64,000 nt of DNA, from sequence record AP018932; one strand, given 5' to 3'. The translations under genes and the position numbers were made by a program. Shown piece after piece: positions 55,940 to 64,000 of this stretch. Origin of the DNA: Escherichia phage KIT03. Every line of letters starts with the position of its first letter. Positions within the stretch are counted from its first letter, which is position 1. The notes under the pieces are model-generated. The model saw nothing but the letters and a program-made list of their open reading frames with translations. It searched no databases and was not told the origin of the DNA.

Positions 55940-56214
55940 TCGAAATAATCTTCAATTTCATAATCATGGACGTAAATCATTATAGTTTTTAATACATCAT
56001 CAATACTTTTTCCTGGTGCTGGAATTACGTAGAAATATCCTGCTTTTGAAAGGTCTTTATAAGTTCCAATCAAGAAATCATTATTCTCGAGATGTAATTC
56101 TTCAACTAATTCATTAACAATTGAGTGGTATAAATTTGGTAGAAACTTATATAGCTTTTCTAGAATATCAATTTTGATTGTGTATTGAACCACGGACTGA
56201 GAATCAATAATCAT
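55936..56214 (-). CDS. arn: anti-restriction nuclease Arn (McrBC inhibitor)
   Basis: 92-aa acidic ORF recognised as Arn. Confidence 0.85.
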   Translation of the reverse strand: MIIDSQSVVQYTIKIDILEKLYKFLPNLYHSIVNELVEELHLENNDFLIGTYKDLSKAGYFYVIPAPGKSIDDVLKTIMIYVHDYEIEDYFE

Positions 56215-56297
56215 AGACCTTCCCCTTATGTTTCTGTTTGCGATTAGATTCTTTAAACGCTTTCTTCTTATCCTTATGAACAGAAGCTTTATTAAAA

Positions 56298-56516
56298 TTA
56301 TGTTTTGCGACTAAATTGTTCATAATGCTGAATTACCTCTCTTAAACATTTGCATGTGAATGAGAACTTTTTAGCTACACCACACTCAAATATATGTTCT
56401 CTTAAATCACGTGTATCAGTATATCCCATCTCAACAATAAAATGCCTTATTAGATTTTTATCTTTATCATTGAGAGAATTAAAATAATCAGATTTTGAAT
56501 TAATTTCCCTGGCCAA
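56298..56516 (-). CDS. hypothetical protein
   Basis: 72-aa ORF. Confidence 0.6.
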   Translation of the reverse strand: MAREINSKSDYFNSLNDKDKNLIRHFIVEMGYTDTRDLREHIFECGVAKKFSFTCKCLREVIQHYEQFSRKT

Positions 56517-56796
56517 ATTGAATCACCTTCAGTTGACGTTTTAATTCTTTTATCATTTCTTCGTTCATCGCAATATAAAGATCGTGTAAAGCAGGTTTTA
56601 GCATTCCATTTACTGGAGAACTAAATGGGCATACATAATCTTTTCCTACAAGCTTTTTGGTGAATTCCATATCACAAAATTTAAATGCCGGCTCATTCGC
56701 ATAAATTCCCCAATTAGTTGACATCATTTTATTGGCATATTCCAGTGCCTGAATTTGATTCATAATTCCATCAATTTGAAACTTTTTAATATTCAT
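56500..56796 (-). CDS. hypothetical protein
   Basis: 98-aa ORF. Confidence 0.6.
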   Translation of the reverse strand: MNIKKFQIDGIMNQIQALEYANKMMSTNWGIYANEPAFKFCDMEFTKKLVGKDYVCPFSSPVNGMLKPALHDLYIAMNEEMIKELKRQLKVIQFGQGN

Positions 56797-57257
56797 TAGT
56801 AAAGGTCCTCAGAGTAAAGTTCTTTTTCACTACCACCACGTTCAATACGTACTTGTCCAGCGTAAGTTGCAATAATCATTGCTTCTTCACGTGTCCAATA
56901 ATTACTGTATTGGTCAATAAACCCTTGGTCATCATCACAAACTTGTTGAGTAACTAATTGAGGTTTAACTACATCTAAAACTTCTGCCATATCTTTAGAA
57001 TAATGACGAGCACCTGGAATAACGAGAGTTCGTCCATCTTTTAATTTAAAACGGTTGGCTGCGCAAACAATTCGTCGTTGATACTTTTGGTTTTCATCCC
57101 AGTATGCAGTCTGCCAACAGATTTCAGGAACTTCTTTCAGAATATCTTCTTCTGTGCATTTATAACCATGCGCTTTAAATTTTTGAACAAGACTCTCCGG
57201 AGTCTCACGAGATAAAGGCACATTCAGCATTTTTAAACGATTAATAAATGAGTTCAT
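56796..57257 (-). CDS. hypothetical protein
   Basis: 153-aa ORF. Confidence 0.65.
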   Translation of the reverse strand: MNSFINRLKMLNVPLSRETPESLVQKFKAHGYKCTEEDILKEVPEICWQTAYWDENQKYQRRIVCAANRFKLKDGRTLVIPGARHYSKDMAEVLDVVKPQLVTQQVCDDDQGFIDQYSNYWTREEAMIIATYAGQVRIERGGSEKELYSEDLY

Positions 57258-57583
57258 TTAAACCATCCTTTAATACGTTGCCACAAAGTTTTCTGTTGAG
57301 CTTTGTTAACACCAATTGAGCGAATAACCGGTTGAGATTCCTGGAATTCTTTATAATCAGCAAGGTAAATTTCGTAAGCTGCATCCGTAAATGAACTTAT
57401 CGCTGCCATAAAATTATTACGAATACCTACTGGAGCATCTTTACTTTCACGAATAATCATGTATTTACCAGTCTTAATCTTTACGATAGTTCCAAGATAA
57501 GCTCCATGATACCAGATGTCCCAACCCTCTTGGGTAGGTTCTGCACAACGACGAAGTTCATTAACAATTTCTAACTTGTTCAT
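57254..57583 (-). CDS. hypothetical protein
   Basis: 109-aa ORF. Confidence 0.65.
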   Translation of the reverse strand: MNKLEIVNELRRCAEPTQEGWDIWYHGAYLGTIVKIKTGKYMIIRESKDAPVGIRNNFMAAISSFTDAAYEIYLADYKEFQESQPVIRSIGVNKAQQKTLWQRIKGWFK

Positions 57584-57593
57584 TATTTATTCC

Positions 57594-58229
57594 TCACAGT
57601 TCAGATGCTACAGTGATTACTGCTTCAATGTTTTCTGCCGAACGTTTAATGTCAAGATACACATTACCGTTTTTAGCGATTTTACAAGACATTCCGATAT
57701 CGGTAAATTTCTGAATATGATGTTCCATCATTTTGTATCCAAAAATTCGCATGTTTCCATTATTGTTAATTTCAAAATTGCGAATTCCGTGAGTGCGTTT
57801 TTCTAAAATAGCAAGATAGTTACTGCGGTAAGTTTCAACCTTTTTAAGAACAAATCCATTTTCATCTAAAAGTTTTAACATGAGGTCTTTATCTTCTTCC
57901 ATATCGGAAGTAATCTCACGAGCTTTACGAGTTGCTCGTTTTTTCAGTAGTTCCGGAGCATTTTCCTGCGCGTATAAAGTTGCTGCATTTGAAATAATAT
58001 CTTGAGCTTCACCAGTAATGATTAATCCATCACCAGATTTCTCTACCAGGCCTTTTTTAATCAATACACCAATATTACTATTAACTACTGCATTACCTAA
58101 ATCTGGATGCACCTCACGAACTTCTGCAGCTGTAATGAAATCTTTCTTAGCAATAGTAATTAAAATCGCAGCAGTTTTTTCATTCAAAACATCGTTAGAA
58201 GCTTTGATGATGTAAGTTACTTTAGACAT
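57594..58229 (-). CDS. motA: middle transcription activator MotA
   Basis: 211-aa ORF recognised as MotA. Confidence 0.95.
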   Translation of the reverse strand: MSKVTYIIKASNDVLNEKTAAILITIAKKDFITAAEVREVHPDLGNAVVNSNIGVLIKKGLVEKSGDGLIITGEAQDIISNAATLYAQENAPELLKKRATRKAREITSDMEEDKDLMLKLLDENGFVLKKVETYRSNYLAILEKRTHGIRNFEINNNGNMRIFGYKMMEHHIQKFTDIGMSCKIAKNGNVYLDIKRSAENIEAVITVASEL

Positions 58230-58270
58230 TTTCTAATCTCCGTAATTCTGTATCAGTAGTTGATAGTTGT

Positions 58271-58300
58271 ATAGTACCACAGTATGCTTTGGTTGTAAAC
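58271..58300 (-). promoter_or_regulatory. T4-type early promoter for motA (GTTTAC, 18 bp spacer, TACTAT)
   Basis: gtaaac at 58295..58300 and atagta at 58271..58276. Confidence 0.6.
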
Positions 58301-58315
58301 CGTTTTGTGAAAAAA

Positions 58316-58354
58316 TTTTTGAAATAAAAAAAGGGGAGAGCCGAGGCTCTCCCC
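58316..58354 (-). terminator. hairpin terminator upstream of motA promoter
   Basis: GGGGAGAGCC...GGCTCTCCCC stem followed by U-rich tract on the - strand. Confidence 0.6.
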
Positions 58355-58359
58355 AAAAA

Positions 58360-58509
58360 TTACTGCATGACTGTGATAACTGTCATGATAACACGTTGAA
58401 TGCCGAACGCAAGAAGACCTCCTGCTACGGCTGGAACAACACCTACCCCCGCTAGTAAAATGCCGCCAGATACTAATGCTGCGCTTGTAATACCTATAAA
58501 TGGACTCAT
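58360..58509 (-). CDS. small hydrophobic membrane peptide (49 aa)
   Basis: MSPFIGITSAALVSGGILLAGVGVVPAVAGGLLAFGIQRVIMTVITVMQ; ATG overlaps gene 52 stop (ATGA). Confidence 0.55.
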   Translation of the reverse strand: MSPFIGITSAALVSGGILLAGVGVVPAVAGGLLAFGIQRVIMTVITVMQ

Positions 58510-59834
58510 TTGATTTCCTCTAAATCTTTGGTGTATTCTGTAACTACATCAGTAGTTTTCCAGTATTCGTTTTCTTCTTTTTTAGCTTTAGCTTCTTCAG
58601 CAAGTTTCTTTGCTTCATCAGAAGTCATATGAAAAATATTCATTCCAACCAGTTTATCAACATAAGAAGAATACATATCAATTTTAGAAAGTTCTTCGGT
58701 CAGTTCTTTACGAGTTTTACCTTGAACAACAATTTCACCTGAAATTACTTTCTTAATGAAATGTGACTTGGCAAAGGCTAAACGAAAAGCTGACTCAGTT
58801 TCTTTGATTTTGTTATCAATTCGTTTTTGGACATAAGTTTTACGAACTTCAACAAAGTCTTTAATTAAATCGACTACGTTATCGTAAACTTGTAGTTTTC
58901 CTTTCTCATTAATAACCGTAATATTCTGAGAACGACGCTCAATCAACCCGAAGTCTTTCATAATTTTTGCATGGCGTTCTTCTTCATTATCGCTCAAAGA
59001 ATATTCTTTACGGAATTTAACTTTAAAGCCAAACCCGTGCTCACCACAAGCATCATCCCATGTAATGAAGCCTTTATCTTCAAGTGGGTCTAAGATTTTA
59101 CTCACATAAGTTTCACGATCATACTTATACGGAATCTCAGTGATATGCATTTGAGTTCGTGAAGTAAACTTGTATGTTCCACGAATTTCATATTGACCGT
59201 CAATTTCAACGACTTCACCACGAAATTCTGGGAATTCTACCTTCGGTTTAATTACTTTCTTTCCTTGAAGAGCTTGTAATACAGCTTTCTTGACAGAAGA
59301 AACGCTATGAGGAAGAATGTAAGTTGCATAACCAGTTGCAATACCGGAAACACCATTAAGAAGAACGGTAGGAATAATAGGCAAATAGAAAGCAGGCGGA
59401 ATGTGTTCTTTATCTTGATGTACCGGAGCATATTCAGTATCTTTATATACGTTATAGAAATTTTTACTTACACGAGCAAAAATATAACGACTTGCCGCTG
59501 CTTTTTGAACGGTACGAGAACCAAAGTTTCCTTGACCATCTAACAGAGGAAAGTTATTGTTCCAAGTATTCGCCATCAAAGCACCTGCATCTTGTGCAGA
59601 GTTTTCGCCATGATGATATCCAAGGTCCGCTACACCACCTGCAATAGAAGCGAGTTTGTGAAACTTATCTTTATTTCCTCGTGCCAAATCAAGAGCTCGA
59701 GCAATAACAAATCGTTGAACTGGCTTAAATCCATCAATCATATTTGGAATAGCACGATTTTCAACCGTGTACATAGCATAAGCCAATGCTTCATTATCAA
59801 TGATACTTTTTAAATCGCGATTATTCAGTTGCAT
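58506..59834 (-). CDS. 52: DNA topoisomerase II medium subunit gp52
   Basis: 442-aa ORF recognised as gp52. Confidence 0.96.
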   Translation of the reverse strand: MQLNNRDLKSIIDNEALAYAMYTVENRAIPNMIDGFKPVQRFVIARALDLARGNKDKFHKLASIAGGVADLGYHHGENSAQDAGALMANTWNNNFPLLDGQGNFGSRTVQKAAASRYIFARVSKNFYNVYKDTEYAPVHQDKEHIPPAFYLPIIPTVLLNGVSGIATGYATYILPHSVSSVKKAVLQALQGKKVIKPKVEFPEFRGEVVEIDGQYEIRGTYKFTSRTQMHITEIPYKYDRETYVSKILDPLEDKGFITWDDACGEHGFGFKVKFRKEYSLSDNEEERHAKIMKDFGLIERRSQNITVINEKGKLQVYDNVVDLIKDFVEVRKTYVQKRIDNKIKETESAFRLAFAKSHFIKKVISGEIVVQGKTRKELTEELSKIDMYSSYVDKLVGMNIFHMTSDEAKKLAEEAKAKKEENEYWKTTDVVTEYTKDLEEIK

Positions 59835-59838
59835 AAAT

Positions 59839-59979
59839 TTACCATACTAGTGAATGTAGTGCCATAATAACATCAGAAATGAAAAGCACGACTTGAATTA
59901 ATCCGAACATTACTCCATAATATAACGCTATCAATAAAATAGCAAGGGCTAATGAATAGCCCAAGATTTTCTTAATCAT
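59839..59979 (-). CDS. small hydrophobic membrane peptide (46 aa)
   Basis: MIKKILGYSLALAILLIALYYGVMFGLIQVVLFISDVIMALHSLVW; start overlaps the upstream ORF stop. Confidence 0.5.
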   Translation of the reverse strand: MIKKILGYSLALAILLIALYYGVMFGLIQVVLFISDVIMALHSLVW

Positions 59980-60133
59980 CTTTAATCATCTTAAGTAAGC
60001 CAACAGAAGTAGAAAGCACCCAGCCAATAAACAGAAAACTTAAGAATACTGAACCTGGGGTCCACACGCCTAAAAAGAAGCAAACCGAACAGACAATAGC
60101 CGTAATAAGTTCAATAAAAACCAGAATAACCAT
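59972..60133 (-). CDS. ac: small hydrophobic membrane peptide (53 aa), probable Ac (acriflavine sensitivity)
   Basis: MVILVFIELITAIVCSVCFFLGVWTPGSVFLSFLFIGWVLSTSVGLLKMIKDD; position next to stp. Confidence 0.5.
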   Translation of the reverse strand: MVILVFIELITAIVCSVCFFLGVWTPGSVFLSFLFIGWVLSTSVGLLKMIKDD

Positions 60134-60140
60134 GTTTTCC

Positions 60141-60221
60141 TCACTGGCGTCCGAAGACGCCTTTGGTTTTAAGATTGTTACGATAGAACTGCATCACATG
60201 TTCGTTATGGAAATTACTCAT
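60141..60221 (-). CDS. stp: Stp peptide (26 aa), activator of host PrrC anticodon nuclease
   Basis: encodes [26 protein letters not shown]; ATG overlaps ndd stop. Confidence 0.85.
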
Positions 60222-60679
60222 TAGTATGCCTGTAAAACAAATTTAAAGTTATCAGCCAACATACGGTTCATTTCTTCAAGTGTTTGATACTCAGAATGAT
60301 GATTACGAGTAAACGCTAAAGCTAACTGTCCTTTTCCAAATCCCGTCGTCAGAGGTTTCATCTTAGAAGCAGGCAGATAAAATACTGTGTATGGAACATT
60401 GTTATTTGCAATAGTACGCGCAAGCTGAGACCGGCGTTGACGAATATGACTTAGAACTGCGCTGAATCCTTGCTTAGAACGCTGATTACCTACATAAAAT
60501 CGTGCAGACACACATGGATTACTAAATGGACGACCATCTAATTTACTCACTAAAAAGTAAAATCCAGGTTTAGATAAAATGTCTTTATGTGGAGTTCCCA
60601 AAAACCACTCACCGCCCTTGATTGTACCAATAACAGTAGCGCCCGCATTATTCAGATCAGTAACAGTCATATATTTCAT
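60221..60679 (-). CDS. ndd: nucleoid disruption protein Ndd
   Basis: 151 codons from [13 protein letters not shown]; the tracked ORF has a 16-codon extension. Confidence 0.9.
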
Positions 60680-60739
60680 ATTAATTTCCTCTAAATTATT
60701 TTCTACTCCAAGGCCGCATGAATACACGCGGCAATTAAA

Positions 60740-60955
60740 TTAATCGTCGCAGTCGACGCTCAATTCCCAAAACTCTTCTACGGTATAAGTTTCAGTATCA
60801 TTTTCAATACAGAAACGTTCATTACTGTTATTTGCTAAAGTAGCATTAACTGTCGGTTTCTCGCCAGTGCTCTTAAGAGGTGAAATACGAATTAACTGAT
60901 CACCATTATCTAAACAGAAAATTTCACCAACTTTTACATCTTTAAAACTTTTCAT
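60740..60955 (-). CDS. ndd.1: hypothetical protein
   Basis: 71-aa ORF. Confidence 0.6.
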   Translation of the reverse strand: MKSFKDVKVGEIFCLDNGDQLIRISPLKSTGEKPTVNATLANNSNERFCIENDTETYTVEEFWELSVDCDD

Positions 60956-61070
60956 AATTCACCTCAAGGAGTATAAAATCCGAATGCAGTTGTTGACCAT
61001 CCCATCCAATATGGAAAATTTGCACCAATGTAAAACATAAGAATATAAAACCAAATGTTTAGTAAATTCA

Positions 61071-61289
61071 TTATTTTACACCATTCCAAATTGTTTCAAC
61101 TACGGATTTTAAACCATTTTGATGAATATCCATTCCGACTACCGCCATCAAATAGATTCCAACTACAACTGAACCTAAGGCAAAAATCAGCATGAAAATG
61201 AATAAAGCCGGAAAAATATTATCGAAAAACCATTCAATAAATGTAAAAGCACTGCGTTTACGCTTCATATTTTCCTCACATAAATCCAA
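61071..61289 (-). CDS. hypothetical membrane protein
   Basis: 72-aa ORF with two hydrophobic segments. Confidence 0.6.
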   Translation of the reverse strand: MDLCEENMKRKRSAFTFIEWFFDNIFPALFIFMLIFALGSVVVGIYLMAVVGMDIHQNGLKSVVETIWNGVK

Positions 61290-61389
61290 AGTAAACGTTT
61301 AATACATCAATCATTAAAACGATTGGGAATATACTCAAAACTATTAGTATTATAACTACATTCCATATAGCTTTAATAATCTTTTTCAT
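61276..61389 (-). CDS. small hydrophobic peptide (37 aa)
   Basis: MKKIIKAIWNVVIILIVLSIFPIVLMIDVLNVYFGFM with GGAGGA RBS; the tracked ORF extension covers the promoter. Confidence 0.5.
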   Translation of the reverse strand: MKKIIKAIWNVVIILIVLSIFPIVLMIDVLNVYFGFM

Positions 61390-61417
61390 TTTCTGTTCCT
61401 CCGTAGTTGATAGAGTA

Positions 61418-61447
61418 ATAATACCACAGAGGAACAGTCTTGTAAAC
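61418..61447 (-). promoter_or_regulatory. T4-type early promoter (GTTTAC, 18 bp spacer, TATTAT)
   Basis: gtaaac at 61442..61447 and ataata at 61418..61423. Confidence 0.55.
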
Positions 61448-61631
61448 AACTTTTTAAAAATATTCGTAATAAATGTGAATACCAATCACTACTGCCGAAA
61501 CTTGTGCAACCCACCACGCACAAGCAATAAGTACAGAATTAAAAATTTTCATAATAACCTCATCACAAAAGTAAATGTTAAACAAATTACTGGAATACTA
61601 ATTAACCAAACAAAACACCACCATAGTGAAC

Positions 61632-61895
61632 TCATAGCTCAATCTCAGCGATTTTCATTTCATTACTATTAATAGCCGCTTTAAGACTATCTGAAAGAAT
61701 TACATTCCAATGGTCATTCATATGACCACTAACTAAGCGTGTAATTTCTTCAGGAGTTGAAAAATAAGGCTGATCAGACTCCCAATGCGATAGTCCCAAG
61801 CGAGTATAAATCATACCTTCATCATCGCTAGAATATTCAACTGACACAAACTCATCAGTTATTTTATGTTTAGCGTAATAAAATTTAAATTTCAT
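61632..61895 (-). CDS. hypothetical protein (87 aa)
   Basis: start MKFKFYYAKHK with GGAGGAG RBS; the tracked ORF 5' extension spans the promoter element. Confidence 0.6.
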   Translation of the reverse strand: MKFKFYYAKHKITDEFVSVEYSSDDEGMIYTRLGLSHWESDQPYFSTPEEITRLVSGHMNDHWNVILSDSLKAAINSNEMKIAEIEL

Positions 61896-61923
61896 TTTCC
61901 GCTCCTCCGTAGTTGATAGTTGT

Positions 61924-61953
61924 ATAGTACCACGATCCTTGTGGTATGTAAAC
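61924..61953 (-). promoter_or_regulatory. T4-type early promoter (GTTTAC, 18 bp spacer, TACTAT)
   Basis: third copy of the gatagttgtatagtacca...gtaaaccgttttgtgaaaa module. Confidence 0.55.
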
Positions 61954-61969
61954 CGTTTTGTGAAAATTT

Positions 61970-62527
61970 TTAAATGGAAAGATACCATCCGTTGTAGTTG
62001 CTTTTTCTTACAACCTTACGAAGGTCTTCTCTATCACCGATGAACTTCGGAGTGTACTGGATGACACCTGGATGAATTTCTTTAGTGTTGAATATAATTA
62101 TACAGTCCGCGACTTGATGATTTAGAATGGGCCCTAGATTTATTCCAGAACCATATGGATACTCTCCGCTGCATCCCGTTGTTACCGAAATCCAACGCGA
62201 GTCAGTTTGATGTGTCTTAACTTCTACACGGAGCCCACAGTATTTTGGATGTGCTAAAACATCCCATGCATACGTGTACGGATCATCGACATCTTCTTGG
62301 CCTTTATTGACATATCCGCTTAGCCAATCTGCCACCACATACTCGGCATACACTGCGATACGGCATCTTTCGATAACTTCTGCCTTATCCTGATTTGGGT
62401 TTTGTTTTAAAGAGTATCTCGCAGTATCAGCAATTTTGACCTTCATTTCACTGGTCAAGTCACCGTTCGATAGGGTAAATGTCGGAATCTGAAATAGTCT
62501 CTGTAGCCCCGGATTCGTTTTCTGCAT
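61970..62527 (-). CDS. denB: endonuclease IV (DenB)
   Basis: 185-aa ORF, size and position match DenB. Confidence 0.8.
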   Translation of the reverse strand: MQKTNPGLQRLFQIPTFTLSNGDLTSEMKVKIADTARYSLKQNPNQDKAEVIERCRIAVYAEYVVADWLSGYVNKGQEDVDDPYTYAWDVLAHPKYCGLRVEVKTHQTDSRWISVTTGCSGEYPYGSGINLGPILNHQVADCIIIFNTKEIHPGVIQYTPKFIGDREDLRKVVRKSNYNGWYLSI

Positions 62528-62789
62528 TTAGACTTTCCTTTTTACCACTAAGATAAGCGTTATACACTTTAAGAGTACCATAGTAAATTCGATCATTTTC
62601 ATCTAAAGAATTATGATCAAGTTCATCGAGATTATTTTTGTCCATGACTATAACATCATTACAGTAAAGAACTCCAAGTTTTTCGTGACCAAACTCTAAT
62701 TTATTACAATACACAATGTTAGCGTGATGATTTCCGTGCAGTTTAATCTCTTTTATGTCGGAATCGCCGATATTCATACAATAAATCAT
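62460..62789 (-). CDS. hypothetical protein
   Basis: 109-aa ORF, 3' end overlaps denB start. Confidence 0.55.
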   Translation of the reverse strand: MIYCMNIGDSDIKEIKLHGNHHANIVYCNKLEFGHEKLGVLYCNDVIVMDKNNLDELDHNSLDENDRIYYGTLKVYNAYLSGKKESLNAENESGATETISDSDIYPIER

Positions 62790-62827
62790 AATTTTTCCTT
62801 AAAACAAAAGGGCCGAAGCCCTTTATT

Positions 62828-63022
62828 TTACTTGAATTGTGCAATTCTTTTCTCTAGACATTCAGCATAAGATTTCATTGAGATGAACTGTGAAAGCAGC
62901 AGTTCTTGCTCAACTACACTAGCCGTTAGAAACTTTGTGCTTTCTAAAAATTTGCTCAGTGCATTAATTTTGAGCATTAATTGATCGTATTCTTCTTTTA
63001 CTCGTGCTTGATAACCTAACAT
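62828..63022 (-). CDS. hypothetical protein
   Basis: 64-aa ORF flanked by two GGGCC-UUCG-GGCCC hairpins. Confidence 0.55.
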   Translation of the reverse strand: MLGYQARVKEEYDQLMLKINALSKFLESTKFLTASVVEQELLLSQFISMKSYAECLEKRIAQFK

Positions 63023-63050
63023 AATTTTCCTTAGTTAAGGGCCGAAGCCC

Positions 63051-63989
63051 TTATTTAAATTGTTCAGTAACGTCTTCAATTACTTCATACTGGCAGGTAC
63101 GCATTTTAGCATCGTTGTAATCAATCGGAATTGATACTACATCGCGAGGATGAACTTTAACTTTTACAACTCGACTAGTTGAACCACCGAAGTGACGAAT
63201 ATAAGATTTAGAACACACATGCAGACCACGAGAACAAGTTTGTGTATCATCGTCATTCACACGAGTACGCGGCATTTTAACTACTTTACCAGGACTGTTA
63301 TCAAAGGTATTTGAGTGACAGTCAAAGTAATTATTGCGAACTACTTTCCAAGCATAGAAGTAACCATCTTCTGTAATTTCAATATCGTTTGCTACCAAGA
63401 AATCAAAAAGTCGAGATACCGCTTTCTGGCTTGGGTTTTCCAGCAGATTTTCCAAGAACGGAAAATAAAATTCAAAGTTTTCGCCTTTTTCCATCGAATC
63501 AAGAATACGATCAACCAAACCAGACCGCAATTCAATATTTTGATAGAATAAGCTTCCACCTTCAATTCGAACATCGCCGGAAATATATTTTTCAACAGCG
63601 CGACGAACATTAATTTTTTGTGCCGCTTCTTCCAGCTTATCCGCTACAAGCAGATTGAGAATTTCCTGGAAGTTTGAATGAGTATTAGGTGTTGCATTAT
63701 AAGTTACACCATCGACAGTAATCGAAATGAATTTTTTAGATGCATTCCAAATAATGTCAGATTTAGTAACTGGAGCAATAACTGCATCGCTATTAACTTT
63801 AACTGTAATATCACCGCTAATAGTAACTTTAGAGCGTTTAGCTTCTTCAGCATTTTTCAAAACACGACGGATTGTATCAACCGATACACCTTGCCAATCA
63901 GCCAATTCCTGCTGAGTATAATTACCGCTTGAATACAGTTTAACAATTTCAGCTTGTTCGTTTTTGGTCAGGCATTTAATATTGTACAT
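63051..63989 (-). CDS. rIIB: rIIB membrane-associated protein
   Basis: 312-aa ORF recognised as rIIB. Confidence 0.93.
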   Translation of the reverse strand: MYNIKCLTKNEQAEIVKLYSSGNYTQQELADWQGVSVDTIRRVLKNAEEAKRSKVTISGDITVKVNSDAVIAPVTKSDIIWNASKKFISITVDGVTYNATPNTHSNFQEILNLLVADKLEEAAQKINVRRAVEKYISGDVRIEGGSLFYQNIELRSGLVDRILDSMEKGENFEFYFPFLENLLENPSQKAVSRLFDFLVANDIEITEDGYFYAWKVVRNNYFDCHSNTFDNSPGKVVKMPRTRVNDDDTQTCSRGLHVCSKSYIRHFGGSTSRVVKVKVHPRDVVSIPIDYNDAKMRTCQYEVIEDVTEQFK

Positions 63990-64000
63990 AATTTTCCTTA

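Noticed and set aside
58267-58455. Plus-strand 62-aa ORF between motA and gene 52
   Set aside because: Overlaps promoter/terminator module and the better-supported minus-strand small membrane ORF.
61896-61988. 5' extensions of tracked ORFs 61632..61988 and 61276..61485
   Set aside because: Extensions read through early-promoter repeats; real starts are the ATGs with GGAGG RBS at 61895 and 61389.
62460-62789. Possible HNH-like motif (HGNHH...N) in the 109-aa ORF next to denB
   Set aside because: Pattern too short and degenerate to call a nuclease without a profile search.

Overview
This window is a contiguous ~64 kb segment of a T4-like (T-even, Tequatrovirus-type) coliphage genome, running from the 3' part of the major capsid gene 23 to the start of rIIB. 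Gene calls rest on recognising the translated ORFs as T4 proteins from memory; no database search was run. The + strand carries late structural genes (23, 24, baseplate hub 51-27-28-29-48-54, long tail fibre 34-35-36-37-38, holin t). The - strand carries early/middle genes (rnlB, hoc, inh, uvsY, 25, 26, alt, DNA ligase 30, rIII, 31, cd, pseT, alc, rnlA, denA, nrdB, nrdA, td, frd, 32, 59, 33, dsbA, rnh, asiA, arn, motA, 52, ac, stp, ndd, denB, rIIB) plus many small accessory ORFs. No rRNA, tRNA, CRISPR array or integrase was found. Points that depart from my recollection of canonical T4: (1) td and nrdB are uninterrupted (no group I introns) and nrdA-nrdB are adjacent (no mobE); (2) a ~410 bp insertion with a 119-codon ORF separates frd and td, which overlap in T4; (3) pseT carries a +1 frameshift splitting the 301-codon kinase/phosphatase; (4) two full-length Alt-type ADP-ribosyltransferase paralogs sit in tandem, near a HAD-like and a NADAR-like ORF; (5) the distal tail-fibre locus is T2-type (gp37 with C-terminal self-cleaving chaperone domain plus a glycine-rich gp38 adhesin); (6) a family of near-identical early-promoter/terminator modules and many CUUCGG-tetraloop hairpins punctuate the - strand.
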